A stretch of DNA of 64,000 nucleotides from Lytechinus pictus (taxonomy: Eukaryota): contig NC_087263.1 of the NCBI RefSeq assembly GCF_037042905.1, positions 9,054,001 to 9,118,000 of the forward strand, given 5' to 3'. The notes beneath the pieces were generated by a model. The model was not told where the DNA came from and did no database searches. It saw nothing but the letters and a program-made list of their open reading frames with translations. A program made the translations under genes and the position numbers. Positions within the stretch are counted from its first letter, which is position 1. Each line of letters begins with the position of its first letter. This document shows, piece after piece, positions 60,835-64,000 of the stretch.

Positions 60835-61875
60835 CAGTCAGACCGCAGGTCCCTATACTAATGAGCAAAAAGGCCAGATTCATCCAAATCATCTCGTGGC
60901 TGAATCCTCCTCCTTGCAAAATCTCGTGATTCGTGAGATTTTCTTTCTCTAAGAATTTACCTGTTTTAACCTCAAGTTAAATGAAATATTATTGCACCAT
61001 CAGATAGAGTAAAAGTTACTCTTTCATATTGGTCATTCATTTTGTATACAATATTTTGTTAAATAAGTAAATTTCTGACCTGAAAATGTGCCTCAAAACT
61101 GAATTTTCTTCCTCTGTTTTCTTTTGCAAATTGTGTAAAACTTTTTATTTTGAGCCTCAATGATATCTATATCACCATAAAGCTGAACTTCTGTACTTTC
61201 TCACAATGCCACTCTTGATATGCGGCACCTTTTAATCGGGTCAAGATCACACTTTTCCCACCAAGGTACAAGACGAGATTTCTGAAATGTTGTACTTGTA
61301 TGAAATCCAGAGTTCTGATTGGCTGGATAAGGTTCACACATGGGAAGTGTGACGAACCCAGGCACTGGAACCGTTGGAATTTGCCATTGTGTGGTCTTTT
61401 TGACCAATCAGAGTGCAGTATTCTTGTTTTCAAGCTGCTTTATATACTTGGCAAATGAAAAGTGTGATCTTGACCCGATTAAACCAATTCTTATTTTGAA
61501 ACCTATATCATTTCAAAGCATACATATTTAGCTTTATCATGATATAAAAATCATTTGGGCTCAAACAAAAATAAAGTGTGAAAATAGCAGCTTTTGTCAG
61601 GTGAAAATATTTATTTTGTAGCATATTTTAGATCAAAATTTTAACCTATATTACAAAATCTTTGAATAAATCCAAACACATGACCTGAAAGAATGATTCT
61701 TCTTCTTTACAATGGTACCAAATTCATGAAATTCGATGCACAATTAGAGCAGCAATGACCGAATGAAAAGAGGTGTTTTGGTCCGCATCAAGCTCATTAA
61801 ATATGCAAAACATCTCAAGTCACGAATATCACTTGGATGAAAGAAGCCACTTTCTTGGGACCTGCAGTCTGACTG
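60835..61875. mobile_element. Non-autonomous DNA transposon, TIR CAGTCAGAC.GCAGGTCCC, ATCG duplication; sister of 11014-12095
   Basis: TIRs and collinear internal homology. Confidence 0.85.
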
Positions 61876-62533
61876 ATCGCAAGGTGGTTTTATGAACCGG
61901 TTTGGAAGATCGCTTCCAAGATCGCTTCGACCGTTCTCATTACACATTAAACTAGTTTTAGGAAGGTAGTGAGAACGGTGTCTTAAAGATTTTTCTTGAA
62001 AAGACAAAGAAAAGAAATTTGAGACTAAATGTACCAAGACCGGGATTGAAGCCATCAAGTCAGAACCTCTTGAGTTGCCTCAAGAAAGACCCACTTGATA
62101 ATTTATGGCGAGGTAGGAAATAAATTTCATTTGTTAGGGGCTATCTTTTTTCCTCATTGGGGCGATTGCAGAATTTTAGGGGCCGTTCTTTTATTTTATG
62201 TGCTCCTTTTCAGGGGCAACAAACAATGCAGTACTTACAGTAATTTAAGCAAATGTCATTCAGCCATAGAATAGAATATTGATTTTCTATAAAATAATCT
62301 TGATTATTGTTTGTGACAGATCTTGGGCTACTATAGAAATAACGGTCGCCCCAAAGCATGCATTTTGGAGGAATTTTAGGGGCAATTTGGATACTAGAAG
62401 TAACGAAGGAACATCGCCCTCTATTTCCTACGCTGATTTTATACGGTAGTGGGTCTGCGCCTGTAGACTACATGTACACGTATTTTTTTATATTAATACC
62501 ACCTTTTAAATAATATCCTTTGTTTTTCTTTAA

Positions 62534-63120
62534 AGGAGAATGAAACTCTTGGAGCAAGTTAGCTTTTGTGAAAGCAGAAAAATCAAAGAATAAGATCAAC
62601 AAAAGTTTGAGTATTAAAAATAGGACTAGCAATAGAAGAGTTATGAGCATTTGAATGTCGAGATCACTAATGCTATGGAGATCCTCCCATTGGCAACGCA
62701 ACCAAGATCTATGATATCACAGATGAACAACTCTCCCCTTTTGACACTGAAAATATACCCCAAAACATCTCTTTTTGCTCATTCTAATCATATGACAAAC
62801 GATTCATCAATGATATAATGTTGTGAAACCTCTGTACTTGTCTTCTTATAAAGAGAACACCTCACCTTGTGATAGATTCTATATAAGTGAGAATATAAGT
62901 AAAATAAGTACTAAAGCAATGAGGGAGTTGTACGTGTGTGACATCACAGATCTTGGTCGCATTGCCAATGGGAGGATCTACATGGCATTAGTGATCTCAA
63001 TATTCAAATGCTCATAACTTTCTTATTATTCATTCAATCTTCCTCAAACTTTCAACAATATGTTTCTTTGATTTTTCTCTTTGATATGGATTCAGCTGGT
63101 TTCAAGGGTTTCATTCTCCT
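62534..63120. mobile_element. Kolobok-like MITE, copy 2
   Basis: TTAA flanks; near-identical to 35921-36504. Confidence 0.9.
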
Positions 63121-64000
63121 TTAATTAATTATAAAGTGGTCTGAATTTTCAACAGCTAGTAAACTGAAGAAATAGGCCTAACCAAACTAACTGAACTTTT
63201 AATACTTCAATACTACATGTATTGAATTGAGTTGCAAACAAACAGAGCAAAATAGTCATGGCCACACATACACATACATGTAGCACATAATTATTTCTGG
63301 CTGATAAAGGCTACATTATCAAGATCAAGACAACATATCCATAAATTGTTTCTTATCATTATTATGCTTATTATCATACTGTACACAGACAATGTACACA
63401 CAGATGTCTTGTTGAATCCTACATGAACATCAAACATACACAAAAATTCAACGTTTTGAAAGGAGTGTGAACCTGCCTGCCCACTCAAACCTCCAGAGAG
63501 ACACGTCAGTCACTTCCACATAAACATTGGATTGTGGCATTCAGTGCCCTCAAATCTTCTGATTCGCTTTATTTCTATTTCCTCTTCTATTTCTCTCTCT
63601 AAATTCCACCCGACTCCAAAGGGCAAAGGGGAATTGACAACCTGTAGCTACAGCAGTCAGACTGCGAATCATAGAAATTCTGGAAATTTGCTCAGTGGAC
63701 TGACAAATAATCAGAGAATAACGTTTAGAATGAAGTCAACCAGTGTCTAATTGTGAGAAATGTATTTTCATCTATTTCATACAAAAGAATGATGTACATA
63801 CATGACGTACATGTACATGGAGGAGTGACACAATGAATGGAAGAAGAAGAGTACACATGTAGTACATGTACATGTGTACATACAGTGTGGTACACCATCA
63901 TCAGTACATGTACAGTATGCACACATTTGAAGCCCCTCATTATATTTTGTACAGTGTAGTTGTAGAACTACATACATGTACATGTAGAAGTCATTATTAA

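Larger units (their letters stand above)
59950..61982. mobile_element. Harbinger-like host element (TTA flanks) containing two nested insertions
   Basis: tta|GACCCGGTTC...GAACGGTGTC|tta; repeated tttggaagatcgct motifs on both sides of the inserts. Confidence 0.65.

Overview
AT-rich animal genomic DNA. The repeat families and the TACATGTA-rich background suggest an echinoderm such as a sea urchin (inference). Most of the window is one large minus-strand, multi-exon gene: a TBC-domain Rab-GAP clearly orthologous to USP6NL/RN-tre. I could splice 11 confident coding exons (49776 down to 1003) plus a probable first coding exon (52859-52751). All have GT-AG boundaries and compatible phases, giving 436 codons with the IxxDxxR ([12 protein letters not shown]) and YxQ (GYCQGMS) catalytic motifs; the gene likely continues past the window start. 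Introns are packed with non-autonomous DNA transposons (TTAA/Kolobok-like, CWG/Harbinger-like, Tc1-, hAT-, P- and CACTA-like), tRNA-derived SINEs, minisatellites and a ~110-bp satellite with higher-order structure. Most notable: (i) four consecutive exons each have tandem duplications of their own splice sites or bodies, including six near-identical copies of one 3' splice site; (ii) a ~12.7-kb TTAA-flanked, inverted-repeat-bounded, compositionally distinct insertion fills most of one intron; (iii) a hairpin insertion apparently templated from a satellite 6 kb away; (iv) MITE chains joined at CWG sites; (v) a decayed Penelope-type hammerhead motif. No CRISPR, rRNA or intact transposase ORF was seen. 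Nearly all ORFs in the supplied track are spurious.
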